A stretch of DNA of 64,000 nt from an uncultured Verrucomicrobiae bacterium (lineage in GTDB: Bacteria; Verrucomicrobiota; Verrucomicrobiia; Limisphaerales; UBA11358): the NCBI GenBank assembly GCA_963744965.1, contig CAVUVT010000010.1, positions 202,279-266,278 on the forward strand, given 5' to 3'. Under the pieces are notes generated by a model. It was not told the DNA's origin, searched no databases, and worked only from the letters and a program-made list of their open reading frames with translations. The position numbers were made by a program, and so were the translations under genes. Of this stretch, positions 44,542 to 53,354 are shown in pieces (position 1 is the stretch's first letter; the number at the start of each line of letters is the position of its first letter).

Positions 44542-46313
44542 TCCCATTTCCGGGAGACACACCCTACATCACGCAAGTCGGGGGAACCACCTTGACCACA
44601 ACCAGACCGGGCGGTTCGTGGGTGTCAGAAGCGGTTTGGAACTGGGGCGGCGGCATCGGCAGCGGTGGCGGGATCAGCACCCAATATCCGATTCCGAGCT
44701 GGCAAACGAACATCAACATGACGGCCAACCAGGGATCAACGACCATGCGCAACACACCGGATGTGGCGCTGACGGCAAACAACGTTTACGTCCGGGCCGA
44801 CGGCCTGAACTACAATGTCGGCGGGACGAGTTGCGCGGCGCCGTTGTGGGCGGGCTTTGCCGCGCTGGTCAATCAGCAAGCTGCGGCCAGCGGGAAACCG
44901 ACTGTGGGTTTTATTAATCCGGCCGTTTCCGCCCTCGGCGCGACACCGGCCTACCCCACGGCTTTCCATGATATCACGACCGGCAACAACACAAGTGGCA
45001 GCAGTCCGACCAGGTTCTACGCCGTCTCCGGCTATGACCTATGCACCGGTTGGGGCACGTCGGCGGGGCAAAATCTGATCAACGCGCTCGCGAACCCCGA
45101 GGCCTTGCTGATTACACCGGCGACGGGCTTCGCCTCCATCGGCGGAGTGGGCGGACCGTTCACCATCACTTCCCAGAGCCTGACGTTGACCAACGCCGGG
45201 ACAAATTCACTGACTTGGACGCTGGCCAACACGTCGGTTTGGCTTGATGCTTCACCCGTTGGCGGCACCCTGACGCCTGGCGGAACTGCGACCACTGTGA
45301 CCGTGAGTTTAAACACCACCGCCAGCAACCTGCTGGTGGGGACGTACAGCGCCACGGTGTGGCTTACGAATCTGAACAGCGGTGTCGGCCAAGACCGCCA
45401 GTTCACGCTGGCCGTGATCAGCCCGCCAACGATTACGGCCCAGCCGGCGGATCAGGCCGTGTTGGAGGGGGCGACGGCAACTTTCACCGTGGCAGCCACT
45501 GGCGGTCTGCCGTTGTCTTACCAGTGGCAGGACAATGGTACCAATCTGACCGATGGTGAGAATATTTCAGGTTCCACGAGCACCAGTCTGACGATCAATA
45601 ATGTCTCTGCGGCTAATGTGGGAACTTACACGACCGTCGTGACAAATCTCGCCGGCATAGCAACCAGTTCTAACGCGCTCCTGACCATTACGCCGTCACC
45701 GCCGGTGATTATCCTGCAGCCGATGACGCAAACGGCGGTGGTAGGTGAGACGGTGACGTTTTCTGTGGCGGCCATCGGCACCACACCATTCTTCTACCAG
45801 TGGAACTTCAATGGGACGAATATTGTGGATGCGACCAATGCGATACTTCCACTTATTAACGTCCAACTGACTCAAGCAGGCGCTTATACCGTGGTCATCA
45901 CCAATATCTACGGCTCTATAACCAGCTCAAACGCGGTGTTAACGGTGCTGGTGGCGCCACCTTGTGATCCTGCGCCTTCCGGCTTGGTGAGTTGGTGGCC
46001 GGCCGAAGGCAATGCCAATGACATTGTTGGCACCAACAATGGTTCTGCCACCGGCGGAATCGCCTATACCAATGGCGAAGTGGGCCAGGCCTTTGTGTTC
46101 AACACCACCAACGCGGCAGTGAAGGTTGCCGCCAGTCCGAGTCTGAACGCGGGCGCCAGCGGCGGATTTAGTGTTGAGTGTTGGATTAATCCGCCCGACC
46201 TCCAAATTCATCCCATCGTGGAATGGAACAATGGCAGCGGTTTAAGTGGCACCGGTTCCTATGGGGTTCACTTTTATATTAGCAGTTTGCTGAAAAACTC
46301 GCAGAAAGTTTGA
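44364..46313 (+). CDS. Fragment 2 (-1 frame): second half of the S53 catalytic domain, two Ig-like domains, N-terminal half of a LamG domain
   Basis: Recognisable homology starts about 44541 (IPFPGDTPYITQVGGT..). VGGTSCAAPLWAGFAALV holds the sedolisin catalytic Ser (GTSxAxP). Two PPxIxxQP..YQW..GxYT Ig units follow. LVSWWPAEGNANDIVG..FSVECWINP is the LamG start. The last 11 codons (SSLLKNSQKV) are IS-derived. Confidence 0.8.
   Translation: MGRPSQPHGQRQSGQTTQLFVVCARCGCRHDGRSNFSEDGGARPVVLQCLGRFRRLHRLIPFPGDTPYITQVGGTTLTTTRPGGSWVSEAVWNWGGGIGSGGGISTQYPIPSWQTNINMTANQGSTTMRNTPDVALTANNVYVRADGLNYNVGGTSCAAPLWAGFAALVNQQAAASGKPTVGFINPAVSALGATPAYPTAFHDITTGNNTSGSSPTRFYAVSGYDLCTGWGTSAGQNLINALANPEALLITPATGFASIGGVGGPFTITSQSLTLTNAGTNSLTWTLANTSVWLDASPVGGTLTPGGTATTVTVSLNTTASNLLVGTYSATVWLTNLNSGVGQDRQFTLAVISPPTITAQPADQAVLEGATATFTVAATGGLPLSYQWQDNGTNLTDGENISGSTSTSLTINNVSAANVGTYTTVVTNLAGIATSSNALLTITPSPPVIILQPMTQTAVVGETVTFSVAAIGTTPFFYQWNFNGTNIVDATNAILPLINVQLTQAGAYTVVITNIYGSITSSNAVLTVLVAPPCDPAPSGLVSWWPAEGNANDIVGTNNGSATGGIAYTNGEVGQAFVFNTTNAAVKVAASPSLNAGASGGFSVECWINPPDLQIHPIVEWNNGSGLSGTGSYGVHFYISSLLKNSQKV
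44533..44545 (+). other. Frameshift site in the sedolisin gene (reading must move to the -1 frame between ..DSDAYT and IPFPGD..)
   Basis: acc gct TGA tcc is frame A. ttg atc cca ttt ccg is frame B. No slippery heptamer is visible. Confidence 0.7.
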
Positions 46314-47632
46314 ATGGCGGCGAAGGGGATAGGTCAGAGAATCATGCGTGGAAAACCTCAAGCACAACCGGAATTTCTGACGACGATCAACCTGAACCAG
46401 CGGGTGCCTGCGGACCATCCGTTGCGCGGGATCAAGACACGAGTGGACCAGGTGTTGGCGAAACTTTCGCCGTTGTTTGATGAGTTGTATGCCGGTGAGG
46501 GACGGCCTTCGATTCCGCCGGAGCAACTGTTCAAGAGCCGGATTCTGATGGCGCTCTATTCGGTGCGCAGTGAGCGGCTGTATTGCGAGCAACTGGCCTA
46601 CAATCTTCTGTGGCTTTGGTTTCTGGACCGGGAACTGGACGAAGGGAGTTTCGATCCGACGGTGTTCACCCATAATTATGACCGGTTGCTTTCGGTGGAG
46701 GCTGCGAAGCTGTTTTTCGTGGAGGTCTATGATTTGTCGCGGACCGAAGGCTGGACCAGTGACCAGCACTTTACGGCCGACGGCACGCTCATCGAAGCGT
46801 GGGCCAGTCTGAAGAGCTTTGTGCGCAAGGATGGCCAAGACGGGGCCAAAGTGGCCTCGGCCAAAGATGACGACCCTGGCAATCCGACGATCAACTTCCA
46901 CGGGGAGCAGCGGCGTAATGCGACGCATCAAAGCACGACCGATCCGGAAAGCGTGCTGTATCGGAAAGCCAACGGACAGGCCAGCAAACTGTGTTTTGGG
47001 ACGCAGGTGTTGATGGAAAACCGGCATGGACTGTGCGCAGCCATCACGGTGCATAATCCCATTGCCCAGGACGAGCCGACCGTAGCCCTGGCGCAGGTGG
47101 ATGAACATCGGGAATTGCACGAAGCCAGGATCACGACCCTCGGGGCGGACAAAGCGTATCACCAAAAGAAATTTGTGGCCGGGTGCCGCCAGCGGGAAAT
47201 CTCGCCGCATACGGCGTGCAAGGAAGGAATTGAAGTTTCGGGACTGGATGGACGCACGACCAGTTGCACCGGTTACCGTACCAGCCAACGTTTGCGCAAG
47301 CGGGTCGAAGAAATCTTTGGCTGGATGAAAATGGTAGGTGGATTGAGGCGCAGCCGCTATCGCGGAGTGGAGCGGACGCAGGCTTGGGCTTATTTCGTGG
47401 CCGGGACATACAATTTGCTGCGGATAGCCAATCTGGGAATGAGTTTGCAGGCCGGATGAAGGACGCGGTTGGTCAGTGGACTGTTCAGATCGGACGAAAG
47501 AGCCGCTCAAAGCAGTCAACCGGGACCGCCGCCGAACAAAGATTCGCGCTCCGCAGCGACCTGAAATAGAATTAACCATGATCGAAATACAGTTCAGGCA
47601 AAAATCGCTGGGTTTTTCAGCAAACTGCTAAT
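46278..47632 (+). mobile_element. IS5-family (IS1182-like) insertion sequence, apparently complete, about 1.35 kb
   Basis: Terminal inverted repeats aTTAGCAGTTTGCTGAAAAAC (left, from 46278) and GTTTTTCAGCAAACTGCTAAt (right, to 47632). One transposase ORF. It interrupts a LamG-coding sequence. Confidence 0.85.
46344..47459 (+). CDS. IS5/IS1182-type DDE transposase
   Basis: MRGKPQAQPEFLTTINLNQRVPADHPLRGI.., then RPSIPPEQLFKSRILMALYSVRSERLYCEQLAYNLLWLWFL (InsH N-terminal/DUF772 pattern). DDE candidates are FTADGTLIEA, LGADKAYH and RVEEIFGWMK. The ORF-track start at 46314 is also possible. Confidence 0.85.
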   Translation: MRGKPQAQPEFLTTINLNQRVPADHPLRGIKTRVDQVLAKLSPLFDELYAGEGRPSIPPEQLFKSRILMALYSVRSERLYCEQLAYNLLWLWFLDRELDEGSFDPTVFTHNYDRLLSVEAAKLFFVEVYDLSRTEGWTSDQHFTADGTLIEAWASLKSFVRKDGQDGAKVASAKDDDPGNPTINFHGEQRRNATHQSTTDPESVLYRKANGQASKLCFGTQVLMENRHGLCAAITVHNPIAQDEPTVALAQVDEHRELHEARITTLGADKAYHQKKFVAGCRQREISPHTACKEGIEVSGLDGRTTSCTGYRTSQRLRKRVEEIFGWMKMVGGLRRSRYRGVERTQAWAYFVAGTYNLLRIANLGMSLQAG

Positions 47633-47635
47633 TAC

Positions 47636-48916
47636 GTGTTTCAACACGTCGCATTGACTTATGACAAAGCTTCCGGGGTCGCTACAATTTATTACGATGG
47701 TGAGATCGTCGCTCAACAAAATTTGGGCAGTTTTACCCCACTAACAACTTATAGCCTGTATTTGGGAAGGCGACAGGGACCGGATGCCATTCTTACTTTT
47801 GCCGGATTATTGGATGAACCTTCCATTTACAACCGCGCCCTTTCTTCCAATGAAATCACCGCCATTTACAATGCCGGCACTTCTGGCAAGTGCGCCCTGC
47901 CGCCAACCATTCTTGTCCAGCCGACCAATCAGACGGTGGCCGCAGGCGGCACGGCAACATTCAGTGTCAGTGCCAATGGCACGCAGCCATTGACGTATCA
48001 ATGGAGTTTTGACGGAACAAACATTCCTGGTGCAACCAATACTTCGCTGACACTGACCAACGTCGAGTCGATTCAGGCCGGAACTTACATCGTGCAAGTG
48101 GCCAATGTCGCCGGCTTGACGACAAGTTCCAATGCGCTGCTGGCGGTGAACGCGCCGCCTGGCATTACGACACAACCCGCCAACTCCACAAATGTTGTCG
48201 GCACCACCGCATCGTTCACCGTGATCGCCACCGGTTCGACGCCATTAAATTTCCAGTGGAAGAAAAACGGGACGAATCTTATTGGGGCGGCAGGCACGAA
48301 CCTCACCATTGTAAACGTGCAAACCAATGATGCAGCGGTTTATTCAGTGGCAATAACCAATGCCTTTGGCGCCATCTTGAGTTCCAATGCGGTGCTGGTG
48401 GTCAACCCATTGTTTCACTTTGTCTGGAGCCAGATTCCCTCGCCGCGATTTGTAAATACGCCTTTTGCCGTTGCCGTTCAGGCGCTTGATGCGACCAATG
48501 GTGTCGCGACGAATTTCAACAACGCGGTCGTCCTGCTTTCGACCAACGGTGTGCCGGTCAGCCCGGCAGTCTCCGGCAATTTTGTTCAAGGCAGTTGGAC
48601 CGGCGCGGTCAGGGTTGCCCAAATCGCCACCAATCTCGTGTTGCAAGCCAGCGACGGCTTTGGCGGATTCGGTCTGGCCAATCCAATCAATATCGTCAAT
48701 CTGCCTTCGCTGACGACAGTCAATTCGAGCAGCACTTTGTATATCTTCTGGCCGGTCAACCCGTCGGGATTCGTTATTGAAACCACAACTGGGCTTTCAC
48801 CGGCCAACTGGGTTCCCATCACGACTCCTCCATTCCAGATTGGCGATCAATTTATGCTGCCAATCCAAATGTTCGGGACTAACGCCTTCTACCGTCTGTG
48901 GTTCCCCGGCCCTTAA
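47636..48916 (+). CDS. Fragment 3: C-terminal half of the LamG domain, two Ig-like domains and C-terminal beta-rich domains
   Basis: (NY)VFQHVALTYDKASGVATIYYDGEIV..LYLGRR..FAGLLDEPSIYNRALSSNEITAIYNAG continues the LamG fold begun at about 45960. Two PPxIxxQP..(Y/F)QW.. Ig units follow. The protein ends ..NAFYRLWFPGP. The frame is open from 47630. Confidence 0.8.
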   Translation: MFQHVALTYDKASGVATIYYDGEIVAQQNLGSFTPLTTYSLYLGRRQGPDAILTFAGLLDEPSIYNRALSSNEITAIYNAGTSGKCALPPTILVQPTNQTVAAGGTATFSVSANGTQPLTYQWSFDGTNIPGATNTSLTLTNVESIQAGTYIVQVANVAGLTTSSNALLAVNAPPGITTQPANSTNVVGTTASFTVIATGSTPLNFQWKKNGTNLIGAAGTNLTIVNVQTNDAAVYSVAITNAFGAILSSNAVLVVNPLFHFVWSQIPSPRFVNTPFAVAVQALDATNGVATNFNNAVVLLSTNGVPVSPAVSGNFVQGSWTGAVRVAQIATNLVLQASDGFGGFGLANPINIVNLPSLTTVNSSSTLYIFWPVNPSGFVIETTTGLSPANWVPITTPPFQIGDQFMLPIQMFGTNAFYRLWFPGP

Positions 48917-49011
48917 ACGTGCGGTCGGGAATCAACGAATTGATGAACGGGGCGATCTGTCAGTGTTGACCGAGCGGGAGTTGTTTTCCCCGGCAGAACA
49001 ATTCCGGCGGA

Positions 49012-50436
49012 TCAACTTGCCTTCAATTGCGTAATGAGGGTTTGTAGGGAAGCCTTGGCGTCGCCAAAGAGCATCCGGGTGTTGTCCTTGTAGAACAGGA
49101 GATTCTCAATACCGGCAAAACCCGCAGCCATCGAGCGTTTCATGACAATGACCGTTTTCGCGTGGTCGGCTTCAATGATCGGCATGCCGTAGATGGGGCT
49201 GGATTTATCCTCGCGCGCGGCGGGGTTCACCACGTCATTGGCGCCAATCACAAGGCACACGTCCACGCGGTCCATCGTGGGATTGATGGCCTCCATCTCG
49301 CAAAGCTGGTCGTAAGGCACGTTGGCCTCGGCGAGCAAAACGTTCATGTGGCCGGGCATGCGGCCGGCGACGGGATGAATGGCAAAACGCACTTCGACGC
49401 CGCGTTTGCCGAGTTCATCAGAAAGTTCGCGGACCTGGTGCTGCGCCTGCGCCACAGCCATGCCGTAGCCGGGCACGATGACAACCTGCTGGGCGTAACC
49501 GAGCAAGAGCGCGGCTTCGTCGGCCTGAATGGGTTTGACGGTTTTTCCCGCAGTGTCTCCGCCCGCCGCCGCGCCGCCACCTCCGCCGGAACCGAACGCG
49601 CCGAACAGAACGTTGGTGACCGGGCGGTTCATGGCCCGGCACATGAGCAGCGTGAGCAATGTGCCGGAGGAACCGACCAGCGTTCCGGCGACGATCATGG
49701 AAATGTTGCTGATGGTGAAGCCGTCCGCCGCGACGGCGAGGCCGGTGAACGAATTCAACAGCGAGATAACCACCGGCATGTCCGCGCCGCCGATGGGCAT
49801 GACCATCGCCACGCCAAAAACGAGCGCGAGCACGAACATTACGATGAACGCCATACTATTGGTCGTCGCCCAGCCGGTCAGGTAGGCGCACAAACCGAGG
49901 ATGACGATGAGAATCAGGCCATTGAGAATATTTTGGCCGGGGAACGTGTGCGGTTTCTCGAGATGCCCCTGCAGTTTAAGGAACGCGATGATGCTGCCGG
50001 AGAACGAGAGTGAACCAATCAACGTGGCAAACAGCATTGTAATGGCGAAGAACGTGGTGATGCCTTCGGGGCTGTTGGCGCGCCGCAGAAATTCCAGGCT
50101 CGCGACCAGCGCCGCCGACCCGCCACCCAGGCCGTTGAATGCCGCGACCATCTGCGGCATCGCGGTCATCTTCACCGAATACGCGCCGATGGCGCCAATG
50201 ACCAAACCAATCACGATGCCGACAACCATGAGGGTGTAATTCAACGTCCAGCCTTGTTGAGCGGACGATTCGTTGCCGCTGTTGAGCAGGGGCAGCGTGG
50301 CGATGAGTGCGACCAACATGCCGAAGGCGGCCAGCAAATTGCCGTAGCGCGCAGTCTTGGGTGAACTCAGCAGCTTGATGCCGAGGATGAACAAGACTGC
50401 GACTACAATAAATACGATGGCGATAAACGAGCTCAT
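49012..50436 (-). CDS. pntB: NAD(P) transhydrogenase subunit beta
   Basis: 474 aa. N-terminal TM domain and C-terminal dIII with VIVPGYGMAVAQAQH, HPVAGRMPGHMNVLLAEA and IGANDVVNP. Confidence 0.93.
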   Translation of the reverse strand: MSSFIAIVFIVVAVLFILGIKLLSSPKTARYGNLLAAFGMLVALIATLPLLNSGNESSAQQGWTLNYTLMVVGIVIGLVIGAIGAYSVKMTAMPQMVAAFNGLGGGSAALVASLEFLRRANSPEGITTFFAITMLFATLIGSLSFSGSIIAFLKLQGHLEKPHTFPGQNILNGLILIVILGLCAYLTGWATTNSMAFIVMFVLALVFGVAMVMPIGGADMPVVISLLNSFTGLAVAADGFTISNISMIVAGTLVGSSGTLLTLLMCRAMNRPVTNVLFGAFGSGGGGGAAAGGDTAGKTVKPIQADEAALLLGYAQQVVIVPGYGMAVAQAQHQVRELSDELGKRGVEVRFAIHPVAGRMPGHMNVLLAEANVPYDQLCEMEAINPTMDRVDVCLVIGANDVVNPAAREDKSSPIYGMPIIEADHAKTVIVMKRSMAAGFAGIENLLFYKDNTRMLFGDAKASLQTLITQLKAS

Positions 50437-50717
50437 TTTTTCTTCTTCTTGAACATTTGCAGCATCCGGTCGGTGACCATGAAGCCGCCGAACACGTTGG
50501 CCGAACCGAAAATCACCGCAATGAAGCCGAGCGCGATGGCCAGTGGACTTGCCGCGCTGGCGAGCACCAGCATGCCGCCCAGCAGGATGATGCCGTGAAT
50601 GGCGTTGGTGCCGGACATCAGCGGCGTGTGCAACATCGAAGGCACCCGGGAAATCAGTTCAAACCCGAGAAAAATCGAGAGGACAAAAACAAAAAAAACC
50701 AGGATTTCGGCGCTCAT
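50433..50717 (-). CDS. pntAB: NAD(P) transhydrogenase subunit alpha, part 2 (membrane)
   Basis: MSAEILVFFVFVLSIFLGFELISRVPSMLHTPLMSGTNAIHGII.., 94 aa from the ATG at 50717. Its stop overlaps the pntB start (ATGA). Confidence 0.9.
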   Translation of the reverse strand: MSAEILVFFVFVLSIFLGFELISRVPSMLHTPLMSGTNAIHGIILLGGMLVLASAASPLAIALGFIAVIFGSANVFGGFMVTDRMLQMFKKKKK

Positions 50718-50722
50718 AATTT

Positions 50723-51856
50723 TCAACTTGGTTTCGCCACGAGCTTCTCGTTGACGATTTTGCCGCCATGCGTGACAAGGCAGCCTTTGATGATTTCGTC
50801 GTCGGGCTTGAGGACGAAGTTTTTGTTCTGTTTGTCCCAAAATTCTTCGATCAGGCTTGTCAGGTTCGCGGAGTAAACCTGGCTGGCGTGCAACGGCACG
50901 CGCGCCGGCAGGTTGGCGATGCCGACAATCTTCACGCCGTTGCGGACGGTCACCTGGTCATAGACCACACCTTCGACGTTGCCGCCGGTTTCCACCGCCA
51001 GATCCACCATCACGCTGCCCGGCTTCATGGCATTGAGCATTTCGGCGGTGACCAGAATCGGCGCGCGGCGGCCAAACACCTGGGCGGCGGTGATGACCAC
51101 GTCGGAATCGCCGCAGGTTTTTTTCATCGCGTCGCGCTGCTTCTGCACCTGCTCTTCGGTCAGCGCCCGGGCATAACCGTCCTTCGTCTGGCCGGTTTCG
51201 CCCAGGTCAATCTTCAAAAACTGTGCGCCCAGCGATTTGACCTGTTCCTCCACGACGGGCCGTGTGTCATAGGCGGTGACTTTCGCGCCGAGCCGTTTGG
51301 CGGTGGCGATCGCCTGCAACCCGGCCACGCCGACACCGATGATGAAAACCTTCGCCGGCAGAATCGTTCCCGCCGCCGTGGTCATCATCGGAAAAATCTT
51401 GTTGACGTAACGCGCAGCGAGAATGACCGCCTCGTAACCACCGAGGTTCGCCTGCGACGACAGCACGTCCATTTTCTGCGCGCGGGTCGTGCGGGGAATG
51501 AATTCCATGCTGATGGCGCTGACGCCGCGTTCGGCGAGCTTCTGGACCAGTTCCCTTTCGTTGAACGGATCCAGCAGGCTGGCGTGGACGACGCCGGATT
51601 TGAGTAACGCGATTTCCTCGACGGGCGGTTTGCGCAGGCGCAACACCATGTCGGCGGAACCCAGCAGGGCCTTGCGGTCGGCACTCACGGTCGCGCCAGC
51701 TTTCGTGTAGGCGTCATCGGCGAAACCCGCGCCGGCGCCGATGCCCGCTTCGACTTCCACCTGCGCGCCGAGCTTTACAAGCCTGGCGGCGCTCTCGGGT
51801 GTCAACGGCGCCCGGGTCTCGCCCGGATGCGTTTCTTTAGGAACTGAAATTTTCAT
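50723..51856 (-). CDS. pntAA: NAD(P) transhydrogenase subunit alpha, part 1 (dI, NAD(H)-binding)
   Basis: MKISVPKETHPGETRAPLTP.., the Rossmann motif VFIIGVGVAGLQAIATAKRLGA, and an alanine-dehydrogenase-like fold. Confidence 0.93.
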   Translation of the reverse strand: MKISVPKETHPGETRAPLTPESAARLVKLGAQVEVEAGIGAGAGFADDAYTKAGATVSADRKALLGSADMVLRLRKPPVEEIALLKSGVVHASLLDPFNERELVQKLAERGVSAISMEFIPRTTRAQKMDVLSSQANLGGYEAVILAARYVNKIFPMMTTAAGTILPAKVFIIGVGVAGLQAIATAKRLGAKVTAYDTRPVVEEQVKSLGAQFLKIDLGETGQTKDGYARALTEEQVQKQRDAMKKTCGDSDVVITAAQVFGRRAPILVTAEMLNAMKPGSVMVDLAVETGGNVEGVVYDQVTVRNGVKIVGIANLPARVPLHASQVYSANLTSLIEEFWDKQNKNFVLKPDDEIIKGCLVTHGGKIVNEKLVAKPS

Positions 51857-51988
51857 TTCTCAAAAAAGGAGCATAAAAAATATCACAAGCCGGCCGGGAT
51901 GAAACTCAAATGTTGCCATTTATCAAACATGAATTGGCATGCCTTGCCGGCCGGACAAATCGCTCCTTTGAATTTCAATCTTGCGATT

Positions 51989-53071
51989 TTACCTCTGGAT
52001 GCGGGCCGAGCCGCCTTTGGCGAACGCCTTGACCTGCTCCACCGTCGCCATCGTCGTGTCGCCGGGGAAGGTCGTCAGCAGCGCGCCGTGCGCCCAGCCG
52101 AGGTTGACGGACTCCTGCGGCGATTCACCCGTCAACATGCCGTAGAACAGCCCCGACGCGAAGCCATCGCCGCCGCCCACGCGGTCATAGACATCCAATT
52201 CACAGGTGGGCGAGGTGTAAGTCTTGCCATCAATCCACGCCACGGCACCCCAACTGTGGCGATTGGTTGAGTGAACTTCACGCAGCGTCGTCGCCACCAC
52301 CTTGACCTCGGGATAGTTCTTCACCACCGAATCAATCATCCCGAAGAACACGCTCGGGTCGAGCTTGCTCTTGGCGGCCACATCCGGCCCTTTCAGGCCA
52401 AGACCTTTTTGCAGGTCTTCCTCGTTGCCCACAATCACGTCCACGTGTTCGACAATGCGTTTCATGACGGACAGCGCCTTTTCCTGCCCGCCCCAAATGT
52501 CCCAGAGTTTCTGGCGGAAGTTCAGGTCGAACGACGTCACCGCGCCCGCGGCCTTGGCGGCCTTCATGGCTTCGATGATCAGTTCGCCCGTGGTTTCGGA
52601 CAGCGAGGCGAAGATGCCGCCGCTGTGGAACCAGCGCACGCCCAGGCCGAAGATTTCCTTCCAGTTGAAGTCACCGGGCTTGAGCAGCGCGCCGGCTTCG
52701 TTGCAGCGGTTGTAGAACACCACCGGCGCCCGCACGCCGTGGCCCTGGTCGCTATAGACCGTCGCGTGATTCGGGCCGCGCACGCCGTCATGCTTGAATT
52801 TTTTGTAAAACGGTTTCACGCCCATCGCCCGGACGCGCTCGGCGATGAGGTCGCCGATGGGATACTCGACCAACGCGGTGGCGATGCCGGTGTTCAGGCG
52901 GAAACAGTCGGACAGGTTGGCGGCGCAGTTGAATTCACCGCCGCTGACGTGAATGCGGCATTCCGTGGCCTTGCGGAACGGGACGATGCCCGGATCAAGG
53001 CGGTGGACCAGAGCACCGATGGACAGGAAGTCCAGCGCGCCCTTTTGGGGGATGTTCAGACCTTTGTTCAT
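51989..53071 (-). CDS. PfkB-family sugar-acid kinase (KDG-kinase-like), paralog of 42080-43180
   Basis: 360 aa. ..HVSGGEFNCAANL.., GVRWFHSGGIFASLSETT, VIVGNEEDL and DRVGGGDGFASGLFYGML. Confidence 0.85.
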   Translation of the reverse strand: MNKGLNIPQKGALDFLSIGALVHRLDPGIVPFRKATECRIHVSGGEFNCAANLSDCFRLNTGIATALVEYPIGDLIAERVRAMGVKPFYKKFKHDGVRGPNHATVYSDQGHGVRAPVVFYNRCNEAGALLKPGDFNWKEIFGLGVRWFHSGGIFASLSETTGELIIEAMKAAKAAGAVTSFDLNFRQKLWDIWGGQEKALSVMKRIVEHVDVIVGNEEDLQKGLGLKGPDVAAKSKLDPSVFFGMIDSVVKNYPEVKVVATTLREVHSTNRHSWGAVAWIDGKTYTSPTCELDVYDRVGGGDGFASGLFYGMLTGESPQESVNLGWAHGALLTTFPGDTTMATVEQVKAFAKGGSARIQR

Positions 53072-53354
53072 GGTGTGGTGTTTAAAATTCTACAATGTGT
53101 TTGGCGATAAATTTCCCTTACAGAATTCCAGAATGCTTGCGGGGTGCAAGGTGCTTTTTGTTAAAATCTTGCAAAAGAGTTTCGTTTTTCTGCAAAAAAA
53201 ACCGCAACATTGCAAACCGCAAGAGGAAAATATCTTTACAATTCACAGGCCTTTGGAGAGATTTTACGGGCTTTCAACGTGGATTAGCCAAGGTGGGTCG
53301 TCATTTCAAGACATTGCCAGGCCCGACCCGGACGGTGTAAAGTAGGTTGAATTT

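Larger units (their letters stand above)
43444..48916 (+). pseudogene. Disrupted gene for an S53 (sedolisin) peptidase - Ig-like x2 - LamG - Ig-like x2 surface protein of about 1370 aa, broken by a frameshift near 44540 and by an IS5-like insertion at 46281-47629
   Basis: The protein sequence is colinear across three ORFs (43444-44541, 44364-46313, 47636-48916). See the fragment entries and findings. Confidence 0.8.

Noticed and set aside
44533-44545. Programmed ribosomal frameshift in the sedolisin gene.
   Set aside because: There is no slippery heptamer, homopolymer or obvious downstream stimulatory structure at the shift site. The gene is also disrupted by an IS further downstream, so decay or sequencing error is more parsimonious.
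46242-47579. 445-aa ORF antisense to the IS5-like transposase.
   Set aside because: It covers the whole IS on the opposite strand, has no recognisable motifs, and the sense-strand ORF carries the transposase signatures. I treat it as a shadow ORF.
46278-47632. ATT (46278-46280) and AAT (47630-47632) as the target-site duplication of the IS5-like element.
   Set aside because: They are reverse complements of each other, not direct repeats. They are better read as the outermost bases of the inverted repeat, or as part of a palindromic target.
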